Part shown: positions 1 through 15,829 of the stretch, piece after piece
How positions within the stretch are numbered: the first letter of the stretch is position 1
How the letters are laid out: every line of letters starts with the position of its first letter
DNA from: Eledone cirrhosa
Taxonomy: Eukaryota
Reading direction: 5' to 3'
DNA length: 64,000 bases
Assembly: GCA_964016885.1 (NCBI GenBank)
Contig: OZ024745.1
Location: 43,896,001 to 43,960,000 of the forward strand
The notes under the pieces: model-generated
Databases searched by the model: none
What the model was told of the DNA's origin: nothing
The model's input: the letters and a program-made list of their open reading frames with translations, nothing else
Translations under genes and position numbers: made by a program

Positions 1-12
1 CATCTGTTCATC

Positions 13-2514
<2,502 letters not shown>

Positions 2515-2517
2515 ATA

Positions 2518-2980
<463 letters not shown>

Positions 2981-3028
2981 TATATATACATATATATATA
3001 TATATGTGTGTGTATATATATATATATA

Positions 3029-3072
<44 letters not shown>

Positions 3073-3080
<8 letters not shown>

Positions 3081-3634
3081 TTAAAAAAAATAATGAATAA
3101 AACAATGAAACAGTTCCTTATATTAAACAAAAAAAGTTCATTATTTAACGATCGTTTCTAGGATATATATGTGTTAGAATTGGCATGCATATTCAACAGA
3201 TCTATGTACAAAATTATACAAAATTATACAAACTATCAAAATTAAATATACATACCAAACACATATATATGCCGTCTTCAGAAATAATTATTTCTGAAGA
3301 CGGCATATATATGTGTTTGGTATGTATATTTAATTTTGATAGTTTGTATAATTTTGTATAATTTTGTACATAGATCTGTTGAATATGCATGCCAATTCTA
3401 ACACATATATATCCTAGAAACGATCGTTAAATAATGAACTTTTTTTGTTTAATATAAGGAACTGTTTCATTGTTTTATTCATTATTTTTTTAATATTTTA
3501 TCTTGACTCTGTATTCCGTTTATCTTTCACCGAAAGTGATTTTTCATTGCATCTCTTCTTTCCATGATATCCGGATTACATTGAGTTCTTCATATGGATT
3601 GGACACTACCGTAAACTCTTGGTAGATTTATCTA
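3073..3634 (+). mobile_element. Fold-back HHR element, family B
   Basis: Near-perfect palindrome with ~215-bp arms and no loop, centred 3287/3288; tail 3503-3634; flanked by (TA)n. Confidence 0.85.
3287..3435 (+). ncRNA. Type I hammerhead ribozyme with ~116-nt extended stem II
   Basis: ATTATTT-CTGAAGA...GAAA-CGATCG-TT-AAATAAT. 7-bp stem I and palindromic stem III. Stem II pairings ATATATATGTGTT/AACACATATATAT and TGGTATGTATATT/AATATGCATGCCA. Confidence 0.8.
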
Positions 3635-3680
3635 CATATATATATATATATGTATGATATATATATATATATATATATAT

Positions 3681-3764
<84 letters not shown>

Positions 3765-3944
3765 GCAGGGAAAAGCGGACGTAAAAATTGATGATGATGA
3801 TGATGTATATAATATCTATATGTATATATATATGATATATATATATATATATATATATAATATCTATATATATATATATATGTCCCAAGGCTCTGATACC
3901 ATCAACACTATAAACACAGAGCTGTCATATCTAAGAACTGACTA

Positions 3945-4000
3945 ACTGCCTGATGAGGTCATAGCCATTCAATGGCTATCATCGAAATATATATAGCAGT
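3945..4000 (+). ncRNA. Canonical type I hammerhead ribozyme in a PLE pLTR fragment (about 3882-4045)
   Basis: ACTGC-CTGATGA-ggtcATAGCCATTcAATGGCTATcatc-GAAA-TATATA-TA-GCAGT, followed directly by AATAAA. Confidence 0.88.
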
Positions 4001-4041
4001 AAATAAAGGATTATGAGTTCATGCAATTGACTTATGTTTCG

Positions 4042-4091
<50 letters not shown>

Positions 4092-4109
4092 TATATAAAT
4101 ATTATATAC

Positions 4110-4300
4110 ATCACCATCATCATCATCATCATCATCATTTTTTTACGTCCGCTTTTCCCTGCTTGCAAGGGTGGGACGGGAACTGATTCTGGCTTGATTT
4201 CTACAGCTGGATACCCTTCCTAACACCAACCTCATTTACAGTGAGTAGTGGGTGCTTTTTTTTTTTGCCGTGGCACCTCCACGACCACTTTGCAGTGGAA
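4110..4300 (-). mobile_element. LINE/SINE 3' tail with (ATG)n end; related copy at about 6636-6900
   Basis: Both copies share ACGTCC..TTTTCC.TGCT and GCTGGAT.CCCTTCCTAAC motifs. Confidence 0.55.
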
Positions 4301-4317
4301 TTATAGGGACTGATAGG

Positions 4318-4446
4318 TCTCATTTCTACAGCTGAGTAAACTGGAGCAATGTGAAATAAAGTGTCTTACTCAAGGAAACAACACATCACCCGGTCTGAGA
4401 ATTGAACTCACAACCTTTCGATTGCAAGGCCAATGCTCTAACCACT

Positions 4447-4449
<3 letters not shown>
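4318..4449 (-). mobile_element. tRNA-derived CORE-type SINE
   Basis: Minus strand has GGAGTGGTTAGAGC (A box), GAGTTCAATTC (B box) and a core segment shared with 18505-18830 and 54365-54545. Confidence 0.7.
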
Positions 4450-4509
<60 letters not shown>

Positions 4510-4510
<1 letters not shown>

Positions 4511-5884
4511 CCTGCGACTCCAACAGACCAGTGTCTGTCCTTAGGGTATCAACATACGTTAACCTTGGTCTTCCTCTTCCAGTGTGTCCATGTAAGGGCT
4601 CCCACAGGAGCACTGAGTGCAATGTCAACTCTGGATGTCGGTGAGCATGTCCAGCTAACCTCAATCTCCTCTGTGTCACTTTTGAGCTGACTTTTGGGAG
4701 GCTCCCGTACAGCTCTGAGTTTTTCATCCTCAGTGTATACTGATTAATGTTCAGAGCCATCCTCAGCATTCTCGTGTAGCACCCATCCACCATCTGAGTG
4801 AGTTTCTTGGTTAGTATCCAAATCTCAGATCCGTACAGCAGCACAGACTCCACTACAGCAATGAAGAGGCAGATTTTCAGGTCTTTACGAAGGTCCGACT
4901 TCCACACCGATCTCAATCTGTAGCACGCCGCCCAGGCTTTGCTCTTCCTCTCAACCACATCATCTTCCGTATTCCCAATCTTTGCTCCCAAATACAGGAA
5001 GTCCTCAACCAATTCTTACGGCTTCCCGCCTACATTAGTGATCCCCTCTGGCTTCTCAACATTCTCTACCAGATATTTTGTTTTAGTCTCATTCATTCTC
5101 AGCCCCACAGTCTCAACCTCCTGCATCAAATCCTCTGCCTCCTTCACTGTATTTGTCACCAAAACTATGTCGTCGGCAAATTCAGCATCTGATATCTTTT
5201 TCGCCTTAACTCTCCTGCTCTGAGCCAGTGCTACAGTAAAGCCAGAGTCCTGGTGTTTCTCCAGTGCAAGGCGCATACAATAGTCCACTCTGAAGCCGTT
5301 CTGGTTGCCCCTGAGCTTCTTCTCCATCTCAGGCTGAATACTGTTAAGAATCATCCTGTTGAGGGTCTTTTCCACAAGTGACGTCAGTGAGATCCCTCTG
5401 TAGTTGTTGGTGTTAGAGAGATCTCCCTTCTTTGGCACTGGGACGATGTTACTGATCCTCCACTGATTCGGGGCAACTCCTTTCTGCAGTGCCTGGTTAC
5501 AGAACCCCAGGATGATATCATCAAAATCACACCTCTTCATCACCTCTGATGCCACACCATCTTCTCCATGAGCCTTGCCCTCCTTGATCTTCTTCTTGGC
5601 TCTCTGAAGCTCCTCTCTGGTGAAAGGCTCTGTCTCAACATCCAGTTCCTCAAACAGCCGCCTGATCTCCCCAGTGTTCTGGGCTGTGGAAGGTGGCTCT
5701 CCCAGTAGGGTCCTAAAATGGTCTAGTCATTTCCTCGTCCTATCCTCTGGCCCTGTTTCCTGGATCTGACTCGAACACCTTCTCTTCCTCCGTGTGATCT
5801 CGTTGATGATCATCTAGCTCTCCTTACATCCAGACTTGTCAACCGCTCTCTCCACACTTCTGATCTTCTCTATCAGTGCCTCCT

Positions 5885-5888
<4 letters not shown>
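4510..5888 (-). pseudogene. RTE-clade LINE reverse transcriptase fragment with internal deletion
   Basis: PVPKKGDLS..NYRGISL, QNGFR joined directly to VDYCMR (middle RT motifs deleted), EFADDI, FLYLG, SVLLYGSEIW, GRGRPRLTY. Confidence 0.92.
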
Positions 5889-6539
<651 letters not shown>

Positions 6540-7278
6540 GTATATATATATATGCGTATATATATATGTATATATATATATGCATATATATATATGTATA
6601 TATATATATGTATATATATATGTATATATATATATTTAACGTCCATTTTTCCATGCTAGCATAGATTAGACGAGTTGTCCTAATTGAGGCATGTTGGATC
6701 AGGTAACCATGTTTTGCTCATACAGAACTGTTTTGGGCTTGGTTTCGACGGCTGGATGCCCTTCCTAACGACAAGCACATTTACAGTGTGTGATAGGTGC
6801 TTTTTGTTGTGACTCCTACACAATCACTTTAAAGTATAGGCTGGGTTCTTTTTGTTGTGACACTTACACGACCACTTTACAGTGTGGGCTGGGTGCTTTT
6901 TGTAGAAATTTCTGTCCACTTATCAAAGTAGGCTCGAGTAGACAAGGCTATACTAATGAGATCTAACAGACTGAAACATGTCTGCTGTAGCTGACACCTT
7001 ACTTACTGTAAAAAAAAACCGGATTTCCATCCTAACCATGAAAATCCAGTTTTCATTGAAAGTAATTGATTTCTTTAAATTACTTCACTTGGGGTTTCAG
7101 AGTCGTTAACACACACACACACACATATATATATATATGAAAGATAATTTTTTGTATATCGTTTGAATTTGTATAATGCTCTGTACTAACTGTTCATTGA
7201 GCTTCCTTTGTTGAGTAATTTAATCAATAAGCATTATATATGTATAGATTTAACCTCATCATAGTATATATATATATA

Positions 7279-8254
7279 TATAAAGAAAAAGAGATGAAAT
7301 CGAAAATGCAACTGGAGTCTTATTTTTTTTTTAAATATATATATTTATTTGGTTCCTTTACCGGTTTCGCAGTTCTTCTGCTTTTCAAAAGGTGAGTTGA
7401 GATGGAGGGTCTGTGGTTTTTCTCACATCTGGTTGGTCTCTGAATGTTACTTGTTTTATATGGAAAAAGTGGCTCGAAATGCCAGGTTTTTCGAGAAGTA
7501 ATTTGATTGGTTTGTCAATAATTATAATAAATTTCGCGCCAGTTCGCGTTACAATAGTTCTTCAAATAAGAGGGGGAGGGGGGGTGTCACAGGTTGTTTT
7601 TTTCATATATGAGTGTTTGAATTTCTTTTTACTTGAAAAAAGGAGGCTCACGAAGGCTTTTTTTTGGTTGGTTATAAATGAAATTATGGCTGTCACGTGA
7701 ACAAATTTTCATTAAATTTTTTGTGCCCTTATTTGCTACAGAATGGATTTCCAAATAAGGGCACAAAAAAATTTAATGAAAATTTGTTCACGTGACAGCC
7801 ATAATTTCATTTATAACCAACCAAAAAAAAGCCTTCGTGAGCCTCCTTTTTTCAAGTAAAAAGAAATTCAAACACTCATATATGAAAAAAACAACCTGTG
7901 ACAACCCCCCCTCTTATTTGAAGAACTATTGTAACGCGAACTGGCGCGAAATTTATTATAATTATTGACAAACCAATCAAATTACTTCTCGAAAAACCTG
8001 GCATTTCGAGCCACTTTTTCCATATAAAACAAGTAACATTCAGAGACCAACCAGATGTGAGAAAAACCACAGACCCTCCATCTCAACTCACCTTTTGAAA
8101 AGCAGAAGAACTGTGAAACCGGTAAAGGAACCAAATAAATATATATTTAAAAAAAAAATAAGACTCCAGTTGCATTTTCGATTTCATCTCTTTTTCTTTA
8201 TACTTTCACTCGTGTAGGACACCTCGGTTATTTTTCATTTTGTAAAAAAAACCT
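7279..8254 (+). mobile_element. Large fold-back HHR element, family D
   Basis: ~455-bp near-identical inverted arms 7279-7735 / 7752-8202 with a 16-nt loop and a short tail; (TA)n on both sides. Confidence 0.88.
8091..8128 (+). ncRNA. Hammerhead motif with U3-A8 core variant (mirror on - strand 7355-7392)
   Basis: CCTT-TTGAAAA-GCAG aagaa CTGY-GAAA-CCGG-TA-AAGG, followed by AATAAA. Confidence 0.7.
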
Positions 8255-8257
8255 CAC

Positions 8258-8300
<43 letters not shown>

Positions 8301-8338
8301 GATGTGACTTTCTCGTGTTTACTATGATTTGTATATCC

Positions 8339-8438
8339 TGTCTGATGATCCTGTGAGTGCGCAGTTAAAACTCCAGAGTAACAAAACTCACAATTTAGCC
8401 ATAATAAAGAGTGTTGTAGCTTGCTTAAAGCATTGAGT
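8339..8438 (+). ncRNA. Decayed hammerhead plus bulged hairpin
   Basis: TGT-CTGATGA-..CTGT/GCAG..-AAAA(G12A)-CTC ca GAG-TA-ACA, then AATAAA, then TGCT taa AGCA TT GAGT. Confidence 0.5.
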
Positions 8439-8689
8439 AAAGTGCAGAAAATACTGTTTTGTTTGAAAGCTACCACAATGTCAATTGGACAGTAAATGTT
8501 AAAAGTATGATAACAATGATGTTGGGATGTTATCTTGCAGTTCTTTATAGGTCCCTATATTTCGGGATAAAATCCCTTTTGCTCTTACATCAAACGAATC
8601 TCACTTATTTATCATTATTTGTATTCAAAAGAAAGATAGTGACCAGATAGATGCAACCATAACTACTGAAAATCTCGGTGTGCTATCAG

Positions 8690-8791
<102 letters not shown>

Positions 8792-9169
8792 GGAACTGTA
8801 GATTGGGGTAGGTCAGACCAAGAGTAAAATCTGGAAATCGAATTTGTCATTCTGAACAATAAAGATCAGTCAAAGTACCCAAAGGTCATGTTGCGATGTT
8901 AAATCAGGCGAAAGATTAGTATATATTCAATAAAATATATTCAATAAAATATATATATATTCAATAAAACACGGATATACATACAAAAATATGCTGATAC
9001 ATATGTACTTACAGAAACATTGATACAAATTATACTGCTACACCACAAACAGTTCACGTACAACTTCATTAATCACAGTAGAATGTAACACATGTAATAA
9101 TTAGCATTTTATTATTATATAACAAGCGGGCCCTAGCTCAGGTAAATAATCCCTTAGCTCTGGAGCTGG

Positions 9170-9390
9170 CTGGACTATCCAGAACTGATGGGAAGAAAGC
9201 AGATGGTTATATGTACCCTTTGTCCCTGGTTAGGAAGTAGATGACTCATCTGGGACGCCACAGTCAATGACTCTTTTGCTCCTCCCCCCTCCATATCCTG
9301 GATGCTGCGGTATATGCGAGGGTCACTGATTCCATAGCCAAGCGGAATAAATATCTAAAATACAAGGAATTATCAGGAAACTATTTTTTT
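9170..9390 (+). pseudogene. RLE endonuclease C-terminal relic of a CRE/R2-type LINE
   Basis: Translates RTDGKKADG...PW...LIWDATVNDSFAP. Confidence 0.55.
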
Positions 9391-9513
9391 CCAGAAAATA
9401 AACATTATTAAATAAAATAAACCGTATGACGATATATGTCGTTGCAAGTTCGTATCATTTCCATGTCAAGAATATAGTTTTCCCTTTTCATACATCTGTA
9501 TACATTGATACAA

Positions 9514-9660
9514 GGCAGTGATTTGGCAGAGTCATTAGAACGTCGTATAGAGTGCTTTGCCGTATTCGTTTCGGCTCTCTGAGTTCAAATCCCGCCAAGG
9601 TCAACTTTACCTTTCATCTATTCGAGGTCGATAAAAGAAAGTATCAGTCTAGTACTGGTG
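9514..9660 (+). mobile_element. tRNA-derived SINE (dominant family; central domain resembles Meta/MESC type)
   Basis: TGGCAGAG A box, GAGTTCAAATCC B box, CTTTCATC...GGTCGATAAAA...AGT core. Confidence 0.8.
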
Positions 9661-10666
9661 TCTATTCTTCCTCTATATCTCTTTCTCGCTTCCATTAACT
9701 CACTCTATCCTTCCCTGGAAGAAATCTGCTGTATTCAGACCAGGAGAAGCATGAGCTCCCCGGGTTTAAAAATGCCATAGAAACGCCGTATGTCAATACT
9801 CGCCCCTACGACTCCCTCGGGAGTTACGAGACTACGCATGCACTCCATGTATACATTGATAGATACATTACGAAACAAACGCACACATACTTACTCTAGC
9901 AGAAAACTGCCTGGTAGGTGATTTTTCTGCTAGTATTCAATAATTGAAATTCCATCTCGATTAGACTACTACTACTACTGTATTTTATAAAACATTTCAT
10001 TTCATTCCTGATCTCCAAAGCTATTTCTTTGAATGTTTAGTCTCATGAAATCCTATTGTTCTTTAGTATTTCCAGAGTATTTGATTCAGTTAAGAAAATA
10101 CAAAAATTCAGCTGTTCCAGAACATCACGAATCGCACTCTCGTTTGAAAGATAACATTAAAGGTTCTTAAATAGCAGAGAAAATAGTAAAATATTTAAAG
10201 TCTATACTGAGACTGAAATATTTGATATAAGTAAACTTTATGGCAAATATGACATACAATTATTCTAGCTAGATACATGTTGTTTTTGGATACGTCAAGA
10301 ACCAATCACCTGGACCGAAACTGCCAAATATCCCCACAAATATTACAAACTAATGAAGAAGTTTCTACATTAGGAGTAGGGAACTTCTCGCTAAAGGGAC
10401 ATATTTTGTCCGTATTCAAATTTGACACCACCTGTTCACAGTAACTAGGAAGCCATATAAAAGAAACGGTTGAGACAAAATCAATAAGCTAAGTTTAATA
10501 CATATGAATTTGTAAAATTAAAACATTTTTAAGTAGTACATATACGACCCTATAGGTTTTTATCCGCTTACCTTGCTAGGAAAATCATAAAAGTCATCAT
10601 TTGCTGTTTCCCACTTTTCTTAAAATAAAATCTTTTTACAAGAAACCATTCTTACAGCTATCAGAG

Positions 10667-11115
10667 GGCGGTGGATTGGTAATATCAGTAGAGTGTAAGG
10701 CAACATACTTTGCGGCATATAGTTTCGGCCCTTGAAGTTCTGAGTTCAAATGCTGCCGAAGTTCGCTTTGCTTTTCATCCTTATACGGTCGATAAAATAA
10801 AGTAACAGTAACGCAACGGGGTCGATTTAATCGACTTTCCCCTTCTCTTCAAATTGCTGGCCTTGTTCCAAATATAAAAAGAATTATTACAACTATCAGA
10901 GTGTGGTGGACTGGCAGAATCGTTAAGAGATCGGAAAATATGCTTTGTGACATTTGTTTCGGCTCTTTGTAATTTGAATTCAAATCTCGCGGAAGTTAAC
11001 TTTATTTTTCAGGCTTCTGAAGTCAATAAAATAAAGTACCAGTGAAGTACTAGGTTCGATTTAATTAACTTACCTCTCCCCAAAATTGCTGGCCTTGTGC
11101 CTAAATTAGAAACAG
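10667..11115 (+). mobile_element. Two tandem SINE copies of the same family
   Basis: Repeated A/B boxes and core at 10667-10885 and 10900-11115. Confidence 0.8.
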
Positions 11116-11559
11116 TCATTGCAACTATTAACACATTCATACATTATAAATTATTAATTTTTGTGGAATTTTGTTTCGAAAGTATATATAAACAATAATA
11201 AAATATTGTTTATAAGTGGTTCGCCATGTTTTTTTTTTTTTGTTTACGATTCTAATATCTTGCTCGAGTATATCACTCACCCACATATCCTTCTGACACA
11301 AGGAATGTAGTATGACATATTTTGATGTGACAGATGGCAAAGAAGTGTGTGTACTTGCTCGGAGAAACTTTAATCTAAAATTCATTTGAAATATGAGATA
11401 AACTTGCAAAGGCCACAGATGGTCAAACGTTGAGTGTAGTTTCTTATCAATATAAATCTAACATTCGTACAAGGTCGCATATTTGTAGGAATATACATAT
11501 GTAACTGAATCGATGGTAGTTCATTACTAGTACATGTTTTGTATAAATGTATGGACCCG

Positions 11560-11845
11560 TAACACCTGGTTGAGTTGTAGGGGTACCGTTGTGACATACG
11601 ATGTGCCTTGGGCATTTAAAATCTGGTGCAGCCCATTTATCTCCAGGTTTGAACTCAGCCGATTTCTTCCAGATAAAGAAAAAGAGAGAGAAAGACATGT
11701 AGCCGAAGAATCCATTCATGTACTGGATTAGCAGGTCGAAAGGTCGAAAGGCAAAGTTGACCTTGGCGGATTTTAAACTCAGAGCGCAGAGAGTCAGAAT
11801 GAATACCGCAAATCATTTTATCTGACGATCTAACGACTCAATTTT
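11560..11845 (-). mobile_element. SINE with extended 3' module (module also at about 9715-9830, 36460-36600, 38020-38060)
   Basis: GGCAAAGTTGACCTTGGCGG core on the - strand; CTGGAAGAAATC.GC module. Confidence 0.6.
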
Positions 11846-12299
11846 CCCTACAGCATACGAACTTATCCAATTTTATACCAACGCTGACCATTATCAGTTT
11901 CTTCAGACTATTTTTTGCATTTCAAACCATATATCATATATTACTTAATGTACTTGAGGTGGTGTTTCCGCCGCTGAGTAAAACGAGGTCCAACTAATGA
12001 ACCTGCAACAACAAAATCAGAAACCAACTTCATCCAGTAATCACTGACCTCTGATGCAGAGACCATTAATTTCATAGACACTGTATATGCAACGATCAGA
12101 TATCGATTCAAGATCCAACTAGATCATACTAATCCACTTTTTCAGCTGTTAGGCTCACAATGTTCACTATCTTGAGAGGATCTCTGACACGACTGCATCT
12201 CAGTTGAGTTCATTTTGTGGACAATAGAGTGCATGACCAAACCAACGGAGTTTTGCGCAAGATTTGTTGAAATAAATCCGATAGCGATGACGAACCTCG

Positions 12300-13300
12300 A
12301 AGTTTAACTCAAAATCATAAGCGGGATTACGGAGAATTCAGTGAAAGTAATAAAATATTCCCAGCCCGCCACTCTAATGGGTCTCATCAGCATTCGTGTG
12401 GTGAGAACGAGAGTTTAGTTGATACGAATTTTTATGATTATATCAATCTCCTGCCTAGACTAAATTCGGCTTTGAAGACGATAGAATAAACCTTGGTCGA
12501 TACAGTCATCTATCACATCATTATCATGGCCTGAGATAGGTGAAATCTTCATAGTAGATTAATAGAAAATATGTTGGTGACAGCTTTCAAACTGTTCAAT
12601 ATGCTAAGAATACATATCAATCTTCTTGAAGTAAGAGAGCAGACCTGCGTCACTCCAGTTTTGTGGAGGAGATTCTGTCTTCCAGACATGAGTGATCACA
12701 CGACACAACCAGGGAGTTGTGACGTCATAACAATTTTTGAAGATATTGACGAATAGACTAAGAGCTTTGTTTTTAAGTTGTGGGTAGCCTCACTACTTTT
12801 CTCGATGGATGGGGTATCCAGATTGCATGTGAAACAAATAGTACCTGTAGAATTTATATACGGCCGGTTAGTAGACGAATCATGGTTGAGTAGGTATGCG
12901 AAATCGTCACACCATCGACTGAGACAAGAATTAAGAATTGTTTAGCTTGTTACTAAGTAGCCTTTTGTGGAATATTTTGAAAGCTGCTACAATTTTCGTG
13001 AGACCCCGATAGAAACTGCATACTTCATTTATAGAATGACGGTGACGCAGTATTTATTGCACTCAACTCAAGCATGACTTTTATGAGTTGATAATTTGCA
13101 ACACGTTTAGGTCTCTTACCGATGTTTAGAACACCATTATGCCTCAGGGATAATTAGATTTCTCAGGGAGAGATATCTAAAGTTTTCGGTAAGATTTCTC
13201 TCCTCTTGCGACTCATTTTCAGCCATGGGTTGGGTTTGTCGTAATCTATCCAAGCTACTGAAGCGATTTCGCAGGGCAAGTCAGAATTGCATGGTAGTGT
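12300..13300 (-). pseudogene. Highly decayed RTE-like LINE relic
   Basis: Only scattered RT-like peptide remnants; no ORF. Confidence 0.3.
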
Positions 13301-13319
13301 CATTGCACTTTATATAATA

Positions 13320-13693
13320 CTAGCAGATTTACCCGGCGTTTGAAATACAACAAAGAATAAACAAGAAACAAAAACGATAATATTAGTGATTTATCTTCAA
13401 ATGAATCTGATGTTTATATTTCTGTCAATAAAGTTGGTTATCGCCCTTTTTATAAGGATTGTCAATAAAGTTGGTTATCTCCCTTATGTCAATTTTGCTA
13501 CCGATAATTTTGATATCGATTTTTTATTGCTCAACATGGGTCGATTTGAAAAATGTTTGTGATGTGACAATCTTAGCGACCTGTGCAACGTGCACAGAAA
13601 ATTTAGTCAAATTCAGTTGGAAATTGTAAAAGCCTTAAGTATGCAAAGTTGTACACAGACACACACACATCCTCGCTTTTATATATATAAAGA
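13320..13693 (-). mobile_element. Non-autonomous Helitron-like element
   Basis: 5' TCTTTATATATATAAAAG, internal (GT)n, 3' AACGCCGGG...CTGCTAG; inserted between A and T. Confidence 0.7.
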
Positions 13694-14648
13694 TTTCGGT
13701 GAACTTTTGTACGATTTGCTAACCTTTATATGTACACAAGGTTTTGCCGGTATGATGTGAACGGTTCGCATTGCACGGTTCAGTAATACGATAAGTACAT
13801 AACTTGCCCAGTGAAATCGAACATGAAAATAGTTAATTCAATTTGCCATGAAACCATTGTTTAAGCACCATGTGACAAAGATTTTGTGTGTGTATTTTGG
13901 CTAAACATAGTATCCATTATCACTAATTGGTTCGCGGCAGCGAAGTTTATTAATTGTTTCCCATTTGTGCAATGATCACCAACTGTAAATACACTGAGTG
14001 TTCATCAATTTTCTTTAATTGTGCATTGTAGTCGTCTGCGATTATGTATTAACCCGAGTAAAAACAAAGCTGGTGAATATTGAGAAAGAAAATGTACAAA
14101 ATTGTAATACTCCAGCATGACCACAGTCTAGTGACTGGAATCAGTAAAAGAATAAAATGATAAATATGAAAAGGTAAAATATTTTACAGTTAAGGCTTAT
14201 AAATAGTGTCAATGAAAACAAAAAAAAAACGTTAAAAGTATAGCTAATGCATATATGATGAACGCCGGTGAATCAAGTCTGGAGCCACAATTTCTGGCTA
14301 CTTTTACTAATATTTCACAGTTGCTGATCAGTGCACTAATGGGGATGGCTGAGCATACTTTGCTGCAATAAACCAATTAGTGATAACGAATATTCGGTTT
14401 AAACAACCCCCATCCTCACCAAAATTTCGTCGCGTGGTACTTACAAACCCCCCAATTATTCTTTATATCGAGAAAGTAACAGGAAACTACTCCAATGTAC
14501 TACTCTCTCAGAGATGATGTGGTGGTTCATGTAAGCAACGCCTGGAAAATGATATGCTTATGTTTTTTAATACATTTATATTGGAGCTTACAATCTATTG
14601 AGTTACAACTCTTGGGAGCTGAATTATCTTTCTCTCTCTCTCTCTATA

Positions 14649-14760
<112 letters not shown>

Positions 14761-14999
14761 CTGAAATAATTAACTACCATGTCATTGAAATACGTATAGT
14801 GAAATAAATACAATTATGTAAACATTTATCTTAAAGCTATTTCGTATATGGAAACTCCGACGCGTTTAATCGCCACCACAATGGTGGATATATACGACTG
14901 ACGTGGAGTGCTTTTACTTGTTTAAACCGCATTATCTTCGTGACGTTGCAAAGTAACCTTTACAGATAAGCACCCTTATGATTCGTCGATCGAACTCTT

Positions 15000-15102
<103 letters not shown>

Positions 15103-15133
15103 ACACACGCATATATTATACACACACTCACAC

Positions 15134-15176
<43 letters not shown>

Positions 15177-15381
15177 GAAATAATATAAAATATATATATA
15201 ATATATATATATGTAGAAATAATATAAAATATATATATAATATATATATATGTAGAAATAAACACAGTAAATTGTGTGTCTAAAATTACGAGGGTTGAAA
15301 TACCACATTGGTTTGATAGATTTAACCAGAAGCAAACGTAAGATATATAATATATATACAGACCGTCTCAATAACTATTTC

Positions 15382-15470
15382 ATCTCTCGGACAGATTAGA
15401 GATTTAAACTGTTTCGCCCTGAAAATTGTGTTTGTAACAGATAATCCGTAAGCTTTCCTCAGCGAGAGAT
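15382..15470 (-). ncRNA. Type I hammerhead ribozyme
   Basis: Minus strand: ATCTCTCG-CTGAGGA-stem II-GAAA-CAG...CTG-TC-CGAGAGAT. 8-bp stem I, GUC triplet. Confidence 0.72.
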
Positions 15471-15479
15471 AAGATCAAA

Positions 15480-15697
15480 TGGACCAAACACATATAACTA
15501 CAATCCACACGAATGAATATCTCACCTCGTGCGTTGGACGTTAGAAGTGGTGTGAGTGGATATGCTAGAAATAATAGCCTTAGTACACCCAACTTATAAG
15601 CTCACCTAGTTAGCATATCCACTCACACCACTTCTAACGACCAACGCACGAGGTGAGATATTCATTCGTGTGGATTGTAGTTACATGTGTTTGTTCC
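15480..15697. repeat. Inverted repeat with ~87-bp arms (15480-15567 / 15611-15697) beside the HHR
   Basis: Direct reverse-complement match with few mismatches. Confidence 0.85.
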
Positions 15698-15829
15698 AAA
15701 TTGGAAAAGAGGTGAAACTTGACGCTGGGCTTTGTTTCTCGTTGACAAAAATTATTTAGAATCCCACAATTCCGATTTCGAGTGACAATGTTACTTAGTT
15801 ATAAATAAATATAATAAAAATAAAAATAA

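Noticed and set aside
6948-6990. HHR-like CTAATGA...GAAACATGTC
   Set aside because: G5 is mutated and stem I is poor; at best a decayed relic.
7413-8070. Twin ORFs MVFLTSGW on opposite strands
   Set aside because: A consequence of the palindrome; no recognisable domain.
9514-9600. tRNA gene calls from A/B boxes
   Set aside because: These are SINE heads and do not form full cloverleaves.
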